From: Deltaproteobacteria bacterium
GTDB lineage: Bacteria > Myxococcota_A > Polyangia > Fen-1088
DNA length: 64,000 bases
Direction of reading: 5' to 3'
Assembly (NCBI GenBank): GCA_033763315.1
Contig: JANRKS010000034.1
Location: 64,001 to 128,000 of the forward strand
Shown here piece by piece: positions 32,991-42,434 of this stretch. A program made the position numbers and the translations under genes. Under the pieces are notes generated by a model. The model was given only the letters and a program-made list of their open reading frames with translations. It searched no databases and was not told the DNA's origin. How positions within the stretch are numbered: the first letter of the stretch is position 1; every line of letters starts with the position of its first letter.

Positions 32991-33647
32991 ATGAGCGTAC
33001 TCAAGCGGCTGGCAACCTTGGTGAAGTCGAACCTCAATGATTTGGTGGACGGGATGCAGGATCCGGCCAAGGAGTTCGACCAATTGGTGCTGGATATGGA
33101 AGATTCGGCGCGGGCAGCCCGCCAAGAGGTGGCTGCGTGTCTAGCCGCTGAAAAGCGCCTGGCCAAGCAGGTGGAGTCTGTGGCGGCGGAGGCTCAGTCC
33201 TGGGAAGCCAAGGCAGGCACCGCGGTGAAAGCCGGCGACGATGGACTGGCGCGCGAAGCCCTGGCCCGCAAGGCCGATAAAGAACGCGAAAAGGCAGAGC
33301 TTGAAAAGTCCCTTCAAGAGCAGAAGGTGCAGGTGGATCAGCTCACCGTGGGGCTCAAGGCACTGGAGACGCGGGTCAAAGAAGTGAAGCTGCGCCAGGG
33401 CACGTTGCGCGAAAAAGCGCGCGCCGCGAAGGGGCGGGGATCAGTGTCAAGCGAGGGGGGCGCCTTTGGTGAGTTTGACCGGATGTCGGGCAAGATCGAC
33501 GAGCTTGAGATTGCCAGCAACCTTGATGAAGAGCTCACGGGCCGTACGGCCGAATCACGCGCGGCCGAACGCAAACTGGGCGACATGAGCGAAAACGAGA
33601 AACTGGACGACGCTCTCGCGGCGCTGAAAAAGAAGCTTAACGGCTAG
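32991..33647 (+). CDS. pspA: PspA/IM30 family protein
   Basis: MSVLKRLATLVKSNLND...DPAK, GDDGLAREAL, long coiled coil, LAALKKKL end; GGGAG RBS. Confidence 0.92.
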   Translation: MSVLKRLATLVKSNLNDLVDGMQDPAKEFDQLVLDMEDSARAARQEVAACLAAEKRLAKQVESVAAEAQSWEAKAGTAVKAGDDGLAREALARKADKEREKAELEKSLQEQKVQVDQLTVGLKALETRVKEVKLRQGTLREKARAAKGRGSVSSEGGAFGEFDRMSGKIDELEIASNLDEELTGRTAESRAAERKLGDMSENEKLDDALAALKKKLNG

Positions 33648-33651
33648 TGCA

Positions 33652-34392
33652 TTAAGCTCCGGAGCGCGCCGCCAATTTGCGGGCGGCGAGCAACAGCAAC
33701 ACGGCCAGTGTGGCCACCACGAATCCGGCGGTGGCCATGCCAAGCACCAACGGCAGCCGCGACGCGGCCGCCACGCGCAATGGCCCCACGGGCACCAACG
33801 TGTGTGAGGACTTGCGTTCTTCGGCCATTTCCGTACGCACCACAGCCACGGCTGCCGGGGTGAGGCCTGCAACGCTGCCTGCCACGAGGCTGGCCACCTG
33901 GGCGTCGGTGAGCGCTTTGGCACCGGCCTCCACTTTGAGCAGCACCGCCGCGCGCGCGGGTACGTGCGGCTCGTCCAGTCGTGCCATAGCGTCACGCTCC
34001 TCAGGAACCACGTGCACGCGCGCCGAAACGATGCCGTCCGCCGACATCAGCGTGTGCTCGATTTCACCTGTGAGGGCGCGAAGGAAGCGGGCACGTTCTT
34101 CAAGCGGGGTTGGTATCAGGCTGGGCTCTCCGTACGCTTGCCCGAACCCTGCTTGGACGCCCCTCGGCAAGCCTCGCGCGTTGAGCATGGCGATCGCTGA
34201 GGGCGCCTCGCTTTGAGCCACCGCCACTGAAAACCGCGGTGGATCCCCGCCATCGTTTACTTTTCGTGCGGACACCCCCGCGCGCTCAAGCGCCGACATC
34301 ACTTCATTGGCAGCGTTCTCATCCAAGCCTTGTTGGACAGAAACGTTACACGCCACCGAGAACAGCGCCGCGACCAAACAAAGCCGATGCAT
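33652..34392 (-). CDS. sctJ: Type III secretion inner-membrane ring lipoprotein SctJ (YscJ/EscJ family)
   Basis: Lipobox SVAC, GLDENAANE, GLPR, LIPTPLEERAR, GIVSARVHVV, LVAGSVAGL, C-terminal TM. Confidence 0.9.
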   Translation of the reverse strand: MHRLCLVAALFSVACNVSVQQGLDENAANEVMSALERAGVSARKVNDGGDPPRFSVAVAQSEAPSAIAMLNARGLPRGVQAGFGQAYGEPSLIPTPLEERARFLRALTGEIEHTLMSADGIVSARVHVVPEERDAMARLDEPHVPARAAVLLKVEAGAKALTDAQVASLVAGSVAGLTPAAVAVVRTEMAEERKSSHTLVPVGPLRVAAASRLPLVLGMATAGFVVATLAVLLLLAARKLAARSGA

Positions 34393-34453
34393 GCCCGCTT
34401 ATTATCTGAAATCGGCGTTTTGAACCAGCCCTCGCGCTGCGTCCCTCGCCAAT

Positions 34454-35131
34454 TTAACGCTCCCGCGCCAGTGACTTTTTCAGCAAATCCACCGCGCGGG
34501 CGTGCAAGCGGCTGGCCCAAGACTTCGACAAACCCAAGCTGTTGCCCGCTTCCTCAAGCGTCTTGCCTTGAAAATAATAGAGCGTCATGAGCTCCTTTTC
34601 CTTTTCAGGCAGGGCGGCCACTGCCGCACGAACGCGCGCGTCTGATTGGTGATCGCCTAAGGCTTCTTCTGCGTTCGGCCGGCTTTCATCGGTTACGCTG
34701 GAGGCGGCATCGATCGATACGATGTGCACAGACGCCACGGCATCCAACACGTGCGCGATGCCAGCCATCAACTCGGCGCTGCTCTCGGCATCGAGGCTGG
34801 ATTCGGGCGTTCGTTCCGATTCGGCCTGTAAATAGGCATTGGCGCGCTCTTCGGCGCGGTACCGGGCGTAGTCGGCGCGTGAGTACCAGCCCATCGTTCG
34901 CACGCCGTCCATCATGGCGCCTTTGATGCGGTAGTAAGCGAAGGTGGAGAACGAGGCACCGTGGCGCGGGTCAAAACGCTCCGCGGCTTCGAGCAGGCCC
35001 TGCATGCCATACGACTGCAGATCGTCCTGTTCCAACCCCTTGGCAATGCCCTTGTGAAGTTGCACGGCGAGGCCGTTGACCAGGTTCATGTGCTCCTCGA
35101 TGAGCCTTTGTCTCTCCGCGCCCGTTGCCAT
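34454..35131 (-). CDS. Sigma-70 family factor, FliA/WhiG-like
   Basis: Region 2 DDLQSYGMQGLLEAAERFDP...FSTFAYYRIKGAMMD; region 4 LPEKEKELMTLYY...LGLSKSWASRLH. Confidence 0.9.
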   Translation of the reverse strand: MATGAERQRLIEEHMNLVNGLAVQLHKGIAKGLEQDDLQSYGMQGLLEAAERFDPRHGASFSTFAYYRIKGAMMDGVRTMGWYSRADYARYRAEERANAYLQAESERTPESSLDAESSAELMAGIAHVLDAVASVHIVSIDAASSVTDESRPNAEEALGDHQSDARVRAAVAALPEKEKELMTLYYFQGKTLEEAGNSLGLSKSWASRLHARAVDLLKKSLARER

Positions 35132-35200
35132 CGCTGTCCGTTTTTGGACTACATCAACCCCGCTCGCGCTCGTCAAGGTGTATAAACGCGCGCCACGATC

Positions 35201-36172
35201 ATGGGAAGCTTTCGTACACTTTCGGCACAGGACGTCATTGCAGTGCTTTCCGCCTTTGGCGTGAACGGATATGAAGGCCACGATCCGGTAGCGGCGGGCA
35301 CAATCAACACGAACTTGCGTGTGCGGACGAAAGCGGGGCCGTTGTTTCTTCGCGTTAACGAGGGCAAGGCCGAGGACGATGTGGCTAAAGAGGGCGCCAT
35401 CGTCGCGCACGTCGCGGCCAAAGGGGTGCCTACGCCGCTGCCCTTGGCGGGGGCCGACGGGCGCCGCTACACGGCACTGGGCGACGCCTGGGCATCGGTG
35501 TTTCCCTGGGTGCCGGGCCGCACCCTCAAACGCGACGACGTGGGGGCCAAACAAGCACACGCGGCCGGCAAGGCCCTGGCAACGCTGCATAAGGCCGGCG
35601 CCGATTTTGCCGACCACCGCGCCGGCCGTTACGAACCCGACGAGATTGCCCGCCGTCTGGTGGCCATCAAGGCCTCAAAAGACACCTCGCTCTCTAAAGC
35701 GACCACCATTTTGGACGCCGAGCTCGCGCGATTGGAGCGAGAGCGCCTCGCCAATCTACCGCTGGGGCTGATTCACGGCGACTTGTTCATCGACAACGTC
35801 TTGTTCGACGAAGACGGAAACCTTACGGCGCTGCTCGATTTCGAGCAGGCGTCGTGGGGGCGGTTGGCCTACGACATGGCGGTGACGGTGCTCGCGTTTG
35901 GTTTTGGCTTCGAAGATTTTCGGCCCGACGTGACGCGCGCCCTTTTGGACGGTTATTGCACCGAGCGCCCGCCTACCGCCGCCGAACGTGATGGGTTCGG
36001 GGCTGAACTGGCGTTCGCGGCTTGCCGCTTTGCCATCACGCGCATCACAGACGTGCATATGCGACGCGGACAGGGCGCGCCCGCGGGCAAAGATTTCAAC
36101 CGTTATCTGTCGCGCCTCGCCGCCGTCAAACGCGTCTGGGAACCCACGGGCAGCGTTCTGTCCCTCTCGTAA
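35201..36172 (+). CDS. thrB: Homoserine kinase type II (APH-like phosphotransferase)
   Basis: GTINTN, LPLGLIHGDLFIDNVLF, LLDFE, RFAITRI, KDF. Confidence 0.85.
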   Translation: MGSFRTLSAQDVIAVLSAFGVNGYEGHDPVAAGTINTNLRVRTKAGPLFLRVNEGKAEDDVAKEGAIVAHVAAKGVPTPLPLAGADGRRYTALGDAWASVFPWVPGRTLKRDDVGAKQAHAAGKALATLHKAGADFADHRAGRYEPDEIARRLVAIKASKDTSLSKATTILDAELARLERERLANLPLGLIHGDLFIDNVLFDEDGNLTALLDFEQASWGRLAYDMAVTVLAFGFGFEDFRPDVTRALLDGYCTERPPTAAERDGFGAELAFAACRFAITRITDVHMRRGQGAPAGKDFNRYLSRLAAVKRVWEPTGSVLSLS

Positions 36173-36178
36173 CGCGCG

Positions 36179-36508
36179 TCACTCGCGCGGCAGGTTCAAG
36201 TACTTCCGCAGCGTCTCTTTGCGTTCGCTGTCGAGTTCCACAAAACGAATGCCCATGTCCATGGGCTCTTCTTTGTTCGCCCACACAACTTCGCCCCGTG
36301 CGGTGATGGATGTGTCTAGCTCGCGGAAATTGATCACCAAATCCACGATCGTGCCCACATCTTCAACCGCGTCGGTTTGAATGCACAGGCCACCCAATGA
36401 AAGATTTTGAATGTGGTGGTTGAGGAGGATTTCCGTGCCGGTGTAATCAACACTGGCTTCGACCTCGAACCGGGGAAAAGCGCGCGGGCTTTCTTGTGGG
36501 TGTGACAT
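36179..36508 (-). CDS. Stand-alone PilZ-domain protein
   Basis: RxxxR (RAFPR) and NLSLGG c-di-GMP motifs; GEVVW...MGIRF. Confidence 0.9.
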   Translation of the reverse strand: MSHPQESPRAFPRFEVEASVDYTGTEILLNHHIQNLSLGGLCIQTDAVEDVGTIVDLVINFRELDTSITARGEVVWANKEEPMDMGIRFVELDSERKETLRKYLNLPRE

Positions 36509-36692
36509 GCGACAAGGGACAGAATCGCGCGCTTGCAGATTCTTTTCAATCAGCACGTGCAAGTCGCCTTTGGTGGCAGCGTTCAGGCGATGTCGGCAAT
36601 GAGCGCACAGCACGTTTGAAAACAAGCGCTTGCAGCGATCAAAGTGCGGGCGCAATTGGCGAAGGGTGGGGAAGCCGCGTTACAATCTTTCT

Positions 36693-38219
36693 ATGGCACA
36701 ACCAAGCCCGGGCGGCGGACTTGAGGAGATCACAGAGGTCTCCCGCGCCGCCGTGAAATCCCCGGCGCTCAAGGGCGTGCCACGCTTGATTTTGCTCACG
36801 GGTCCCCAAGCGGGGCGCAAATTTCCAGTGGGCGCCGAAATGACGTTGGGGCGCGGCACGCAAGCCACGCTATTTCTCGATGACAAGCGCTTGTCGCGTG
36901 TGCACGTTCGCCTGTTCCAGTTGCCCACGGGGGCCTACGCGGTCGAAGATCTGCAAAGCCTCAACGGAACGTTCGTCAACGGCAGGCGCATCACCAGCCA
37001 AACTTTGTCTTATGGCGACAAGATCCAGATCGGATCTATCTCGCTGCTGTTCACGCACGACAACCCGCACGACGAACAGTTGGCGCAAGTTCAGAAGATG
37101 GAGCTGTTGGGCCGCATTGGTGCGGGAATCGCGCACGACTTCAACAACCTGCTGGGCGTGGCTGTCGCCAGCATGGATTATCTGGTCACGCTGCCACCTG
37201 ATCGCCACGTGGGCGACGCTGACGTGCGCGAGTGCCACGACGACATTCGCGCGGCTTTGAAGCGGGCCGCGGATCTAACGATGCGCCTTCTTGGTGTGGC
37301 CCGCCGTGGCGGGTACATGATGGGGCGCTTGAACGTTGGCAATTTGGCCAAGGAAGTGGCCGAGCTGGTTCGCCGTGTGACAGCTCAGAGTGTGCGCATC
37401 GATTGTGAGGTCATTCCCGACGCGCAGGTCATTGGTGACCAAGGCCAGATCCACCAAGCGCTGATGAATTTGTGTATCAACGCCCGCGACGCCATGCCAA
37501 GCGGTGGCGATCTGCGCATCACCGTGACGCGTGAATCGCCCCCCGCGAGTGCCGGCGTCGCTTTGGGGGATTTCGTTGTTATCTCCGTGTCTGATACGGG
37601 CGTGGGCATGGACGAGGAAACCCGGCGCCAAGCGTTCGAATCGTTCTTCACCACCAAAGAAGGCGACAAAGGCACGGGCCTAGGCTTGGCCACGGTGCTT
37701 GAGACCGTGAAGGTTCATGGTGGGCACATCGATCTGTCCAGCCAATTGGGCCGCGGCACCACCATGCGTTTGTATTTTCCGTCGGCACCGCGGCTTGAAC
37801 GCAGCCGCATCGGCGCGGAAACCCTGACGGATGTACCCACACGTTCCACAACGCGAGGCAAGGGCGTGGCGCGCATCTTGTTGGTCGATGACGATCCGGG
37901 CGTCAGACGCAGCTTGTCGCGCTTGTTGGCGATGCAGGGGCACGAGGTTGAGCAGGCGGCCAACGGGCAGATTGCACTCGATGTGTATCGTTCGGTGCGT
38001 CCGGACGTGGTCTTGATGGATCTGGATATGCCGGTGCTTGGGGGGCGGCAGGCTTACGATGGTTTATGCGCGCTTGATCCCAACGTGAAAGTGATCTTCA
38101 TGTCGGGCCACGGTGTGGCCGGTTCCGTGGGCGGGCCACCCTCGGGTTGCACCTTCTTGCAAAAGCCTTGTGGCGCCGACGACATTCGCGTGGCCATCGA
38201 AGGCGCATTAGCCGGCTAG
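36693..38219 (+). CDS. FHA-domain hybrid histidine kinase/receiver
   Basis: FHA (LGRG, LSRVH, SLNGTFVNG), AHDFNNLL, NARDAM, DTGVGM, GTGLGL, receiver LLVDDD...MDLDMP...LQKP. Confidence 0.93.
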   Translation: MAQPSPGGGLEEITEVSRAAVKSPALKGVPRLILLTGPQAGRKFPVGAEMTLGRGTQATLFLDDKRLSRVHVRLFQLPTGAYAVEDLQSLNGTFVNGRRITSQTLSYGDKIQIGSISLLFTHDNPHDEQLAQVQKMELLGRIGAGIAHDFNNLLGVAVASMDYLVTLPPDRHVGDADVRECHDDIRAALKRAADLTMRLLGVARRGGYMMGRLNVGNLAKEVAELVRRVTAQSVRIDCEVIPDAQVIGDQGQIHQALMNLCINARDAMPSGGDLRITVTRESPPASAGVALGDFVVISVSDTGVGMDEETRRQAFESFFTTKEGDKGTGLGLATVLETVKVHGGHIDLSSQLGRGTTMRLYFPSAPRLERSRIGAETLTDVPTRSTTRGKGVARILLVDDDPGVRRSLSRLLAMQGHEVEQAANGQIALDVYRSVRPDVVLMDLDMPVLGGRQAYDGLCALDPNVKVIFMSGHGVAGSVGGPPSGCTFLQKPCGADDIRVAIEGALAG

Positions 38220-41200
38220 CTGTGAACAGAACGCTTGTGCTTGCGTGTGACGGCCGCATAAAAAGCGGGCACCACAAACAGGCTTAGCGGCGTGGACAAC
38301 ACCATGCCGCCGATGATGGCGACGGCCATTGGTAAGCGTGTCTCCGAACCGGGGCCCAGCGCCAAAGCGGCCGGCACAGCGGCCATGATGGTGGCGACGC
38401 TGGTCATCAAGATTGGCCGCAAGCGCACGGGCGCGGCTTTTTGCATTGCTTCGGCTGGCCCCACGGGACTTTCGGGCGGCGCCTCGTCTCGCACTTGATT
38501 GGCGTAGTCCACCAAGATGATCGAATTCTTTTTCACGATGCCCATCAACAACAGCAAACCGATCATGCTGAACAAGTTGATGGTGATGCCGCCCAAAAAC
38601 AGCGCGACCACGGCGCCCGCCATCGACAGCGGCAAAATCGTTAGCACCGTCACCGGGTGCAACAGGCTATTGAACTGAGAGGCCAAGATCATGAAGGCCA
38701 CCACGACCCCCAAGAGCAGAGCGAACACCAACCCTCCCATCGAGTCCTGGAACGTTTGCGTCTGGCCGCCCGCGACCAAGCGATAGTTGGCCGGCAGTTG
38801 CGCTGCAAGCTTTGTGACTTCGACCAGCGCGTCGCTTTGGGACCAACCTGGCGCGACGTTGCCAAACACGCTGATCGCGCGTTCACGATCTTTGCGTGTG
38901 ATGCCTTGCAACGCTGGCCGCTCCTTCAGTTTCACCAACGACGATAGTGGAATCAGCTCTCCGCTGCTTGTGCGTACTTTCAATCGATTGATGTCTTCGG
39001 GCCGTGATCGTTGGTCCGCCAGCAAACGGAGCCGAAGATCGATGCGACGGCCACGCGAAGTGTATTTGCCCGCACGAACGCCACCCACCAGGGTGTTGAT
39101 TGCGGCTGCCACATCTTCCATCGAAACGCCCACGTCGGCGGCCCGTGCGCGATCTGGCTCAATGCGCAGCTCCGGCATCCCAAGGCGGTAATCCGTATCC
39201 ACGTCCACCACCTTCCCCGAAGCCACAAGGCCATCGGCAAGCGCACGGCTTTGTTCCGTCAACACATCCCAATCGGGGCCGCGCAGCGAAAATTCCACGG
39301 GAAAACCGCGGCTGGCTGAGAAGCCCCGTTGCGACATATCCTGAACAACGGCTTTCAGTCCTGGGTAACTGTTGAACTGGTTGCGTAGCAAAGCGGAGAA
39401 TTCGGCGGCACCCATTCGTTGGTCTGGCGGCTTCAAGGTGACGAACATCATGCCGCTGTTCACGGCACCGTCGCGGAAACTGCCAACCACCAAGAACAGC
39501 CGCGTGATCTCTGGTCGAGACAACAAAAACTGTTCGGCTTGGGAAATCACCCGATCAGTCTCTTTGAGGTCTGCACCAACAGCGGTTTGCAAACGCACCA
39601 TAATCCGGCCTTGATCTTGTGAAGGCACGAATTCACGCTTGATGCCGCCAAACAGGAAGTAGGCCCCAGCCAAAACGGCGACGCTGGCTCCCAAAACGAG
39701 ACCCCGGTGGCGCAGGGCGTGGCCGAGGCTTTTGCTGTAGCCGCGCGTGACGAGTTCAAAGGCACTTTCGGCGAAGCGGCCGAGCCCAAAGCGCTCGTGC
39801 GTCTGCGGTTTCGCCAACAAACGCGCGGCACGAGCCGGAGCCAAGGTGATGGCTTCAAGATACGACAGCACCACGGCGATGCAGAACGTGATGCCGAACT
39901 CCAAGAAGAAGCGCCCAACCACGCCCTTCATAAACACCACCGGTATGAAGATCGCCACGACGGCCATTGTGGCCGCGAAGGCAGCAAACTTGATCTCATT
40001 CGTGCCGTCGATGGCCGCGCGCACGGCATCTTTGCCCATCGACCGGTGCCGGTGAATGTTCTCCAAGATCATGATGGCGTCGTCCACCACGATGCCCACC
40101 GCCAGCGCCAACGCCAACAGCGTGAAGGTGTTGAGGGTGAACCCCAAGAAATAGATGACGGCGATGGTTCCCATCAGCGACATCGGGATGGCCAGCACAA
40201 CGTTCAACGTCGCCGAAAATGAGCCCAAAAACAGCCAACACACCAAAGCTGTTAAGAGGATGGAAAGCCCCACCTCAAACTGAAGCTCTTTGACTGACTC
40301 TTCAACGAAGGTGGTGGCGTCAAAGTTGATGCCAAGCTCCATGCCCTTGGGCAGCGTGGGACGCAATTCATCCAAGGCGGCGCGGACCGCCTTGGCCACG
40401 GCTACGGCGTTCGAGCCACGTTGTTTCTTGATGCCGATGCCCTGCGCAGGCTGCCCATTGACGCGGCTTAAACGCCGCACATCTTCGAATCCATCTTCGA
40501 CCAGCGCCACATCTGCCAAGTGAATGGGCACGCCGTTGACTTCTTTGACCACCATGTTGCGTAACGTGGCCAGATCCAAGGCCTCGCCCAACACCCGCAC
40601 GGTGATTTCACGCCCCTCGGCCTCGATGCGTCCGGCGGGCAGCTCCACGTGTTGCCGCTGCAACGAAGACAACACATCTTGTACGGTGAGGCCGCGGCCT
40701 TCCAAACGTTCGGCGTCGACCCACACCCGCACGTTCCGATCCGGAAATCCGCCGACGTTCAACTCGCCCACGCCGGGAATGGTTTGCAGCTTTTCCTTGA
40801 CGGTGTATCGGCTGGTGTCGGCCAACATCTGCGGCGAAAACGGACCCGACAAACCCACCCACATAATGGGCTGATCTTCAGGATTCGTTTTCGATACCAC
40901 CGCGGGATCCATCTCGCGTGGCAAGCGACGCGACACTTGCGCGATGCGGGCCTGCACGTCCTGCATCGCCATGTCGACGTTGCGTGACAGATCAAGTTCA
41001 ATGCTTAGGTTCGCGCTGCCCAACCGCGATTCAGACGAGATGGCGCGAATGCCTTCGACCTGGGACAAAGCCTCTTCCACAAGCTCGACGATGTCGCTTT
41101 CCACCGCCTCAGGCGCGGCCCCCTCCCACGTTAGGCTTACGCTGATCACGGGATGGTCCACGTCCGGGTATTCGCTGATGCCAATGCGGCTCAACGACAC

Positions 41201-41278
41201 GGCGCCAAACACGACGGTGGCGGCCATGATCATCCACGCCAGCACCGGCCGGCGAACGCAGATCTCCGTTAACGACAT
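38216..41278 (-). CDS. RND efflux permease (AcrB/HAE1 family)
   Basis: RRPV N-terminus, GIVVDDAIMILENI, GIVKKNSIILVD, RLRPILMTS. Confidence 0.96.
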   Translation of the reverse strand: MSLTEICVRRPVLAWMIMAATVVFGAVSLSRIGISEYPDVDHPVISVSLTWEGAAPEAVESDIVELVEEALSQVEGIRAISSESRLGSANLSIELDLSRNVDMAMQDVQARIAQVSRRLPREMDPAVVSKTNPEDQPIMWVGLSGPFSPQMLADTSRYTVKEKLQTIPGVGELNVGGFPDRNVRVWVDAERLEGRGLTVQDVLSSLQRQHVELPAGRIEAEGREITVRVLGEALDLATLRNMVVKEVNGVPIHLADVALVEDGFEDVRRLSRVNGQPAQGIGIKKQRGSNAVAVAKAVRAALDELRPTLPKGMELGINFDATTFVEESVKELQFEVGLSILLTALVCWLFLGSFSATLNVVLAIPMSLMGTIAVIYFLGFTLNTFTLLALALAVGIVVDDAIMILENIHRHRSMGKDAVRAAIDGTNEIKFAAFAATMAVVAIFIPVVFMKGVVGRFFLEFGITFCIAVVLSYLEAITLAPARAARLLAKPQTHERFGLGRFAESAFELVTRGYSKSLGHALRHRGLVLGASVAVLAGAYFLFGGIKREFVPSQDQGRIMVRLQTAVGADLKETDRVISQAEQFLLSRPEITRLFLVVGSFRDGAVNSGMMFVTLKPPDQRMGAAEFSALLRNQFNSYPGLKAVVQDMSQRGFSASRGFPVEFSLRGPDWDVLTEQSRALADGLVASGKVVDVDTDYRLGMPELRIEPDRARAADVGVSMEDVAAAINTLVGGVRAGKYTSRGRRIDLRLRLLADQRSRPEDINRLKVRTSSGELIPLSSLVKLKERPALQGITRKDRERAISVFGNVAPGWSQSDALVEVTKLAAQLPANYRLVAGGQTQTFQDSMGGLVFALLLGVVVAFMILASQFNSLLHPVTVLTILPLSMAGAVVALFLGGITINLFSMIGLLLLMGIVKKNSIILVDYANQVRDEAPPESPVGPAEAMQKAAPVRLRPILMTSVATIMAAVPAALALGPGSETRLPMAVAIIGGMVLSTPLSLFVVPAFYAAVTRKHKRSVHS

Positions 41279-41282
41279 GACC

Positions 41283-42434
41283 TTACGATCCCTTGCTGAC
41301 GGCACGCGTGGCCGCAATCTTCACCAAAGATCCATCGCGCAAGGCTTCTGCACCGCGAACGACCAAGGCCTCGCCGGCCGCGATGCCGGAAACAACCTCC
41401 ACGCGGCCATCCGAGGTGCGTAGCCCCAGCGTGAGATGCCGTTCTTCAGCCTTGCCGTCTTTAACCACGAACGCCACGAAGCCATGTTCGCTGGGGCGGA
41501 TCGCTGATTCTGGAATGGCGGGGCGTGTGTTGGCAAGCGGGGCGGCGTCGCCTTTTGTCTTGCTGTCTTTGTGCACGTCGAGCCGTGCGGTGACGCGCGC
41601 AAAGCTGCCCGGGCGAAGATCGGGCGCTGACTGATCCTCCACCCGGGCGGCCACAGGCACCTGGCGTGTGGCTGGATCGGCGGCTTGTGCGATGTGTATG
41701 ATTTTTGCGTTGTGAATGGCCTGTGTGTCGCCCAATTTGAATTGCACTTCGTCACCTTTGCGCAGCGACATCGCTGCGTCTGTTGGCAGCTGAAAGCGCA
41801 ACAAAAGCGGATCGCGCCGCACAAGCGTGGCCAAGATGGTTCCGGGTTGCACATACTGCCCGGTTTGAACGCTTCGTGTTTCGATCATCCCTTGAACGGG
41901 GGCTCGCACGAAGGCATCGCGCAAGTTAAGGTCTGCGGAACTCAGCGCGGCTTCAGCGGCGGCCACTTCGGCGTCGGCTGTCGCAACCCTCGTCTTCCAC
42001 GTGGCCACTTCTTCGCCTGGAATCAGGCCCGGCGTTTTATCGATGGCGGCTTGGCGGCGTCCGAGGCCCGCCATCGCGTCCTCACGTGCCGCTTTTGCCT
42101 TCAGCAAGGCCGCTTCTTGAGCCGCAAGCGCCAAACGAAAACGTCGCGGCTCGATCTCCACCAACACCTGGTTGACGCTCGCCACATCGCCTTCCTGAAA
42201 GCGCACGCGTTCGACCACACCCGCCACACGGGACGTCACCTGCACGGTCTCAAAAGCTTCGATCGTGCCGACGGCTTGCGCCACGTAATCCACTTGCCGG
42301 CTGGTGACGGATTCAACCTCCACGGGAAACGCTGTGGGACCAGTTTGCTTCAAAGGTTGGCTTGCGCCCCCGCCCTTGCCGCAGCCGAACCAGAGCAGAG
42401 GCGCGATCAAAACTAGAAAAGCACGGGCCTGCAT
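41283..42434 (-). CDS. RND periplasmic adaptor (membrane fusion protein)
   Basis: Lipobox-like WFGC, lipoyl/hairpin pattern, RAPVQG, LRPGSF. Confidence 0.93.
   Translation of the reverse strand: MQARAFLVLIAPLLWFGCGKGGGASQPLKQTGPTAFPVEVESVTSRQVDYVAQAVGTIEAFETVQVTSRVAGVVERVRFQEGDVASVNQVLVEIEPRRFRLALAAQEAALLKAKAAREDAMAGLGRRQAAIDKTPGLIPGEEVATWKTRVATADAEVAAAEAALSSADLNLRDAFVRAPVQGMIETRSVQTGQYVQPGTILATLVRRDPLLLRFQLPTDAAMSLRKGDEVQFKLGDTQAIHNAKIIHIAQAADPATRQVPVAARVEDQSAPDLRPGSFARVTARLDVHKDSKTKGDAAPLANTRPAIPESAIRPSEHGFVAFVVKDGKAEERHLTLGLRTSDGRVEVVSGIAAGEALVVRGAEALRDGSLVKIAATRAVSKGS

Noticed and set aside
34393-34453. GCCGAT upstream of sctJ, and GCCGATAA near 47870, as sigma28 promoters
   Set aside because: No TAAA -35 element at the expected spacing in either case.
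35132-35617. Long N-terminal extension of the sigma factor ORF (likewise pspA 32565-32990)
   Set aside because: Overlaps thrB (or holB) on the opposite strand; family similarity begins only at the downstream ATG.
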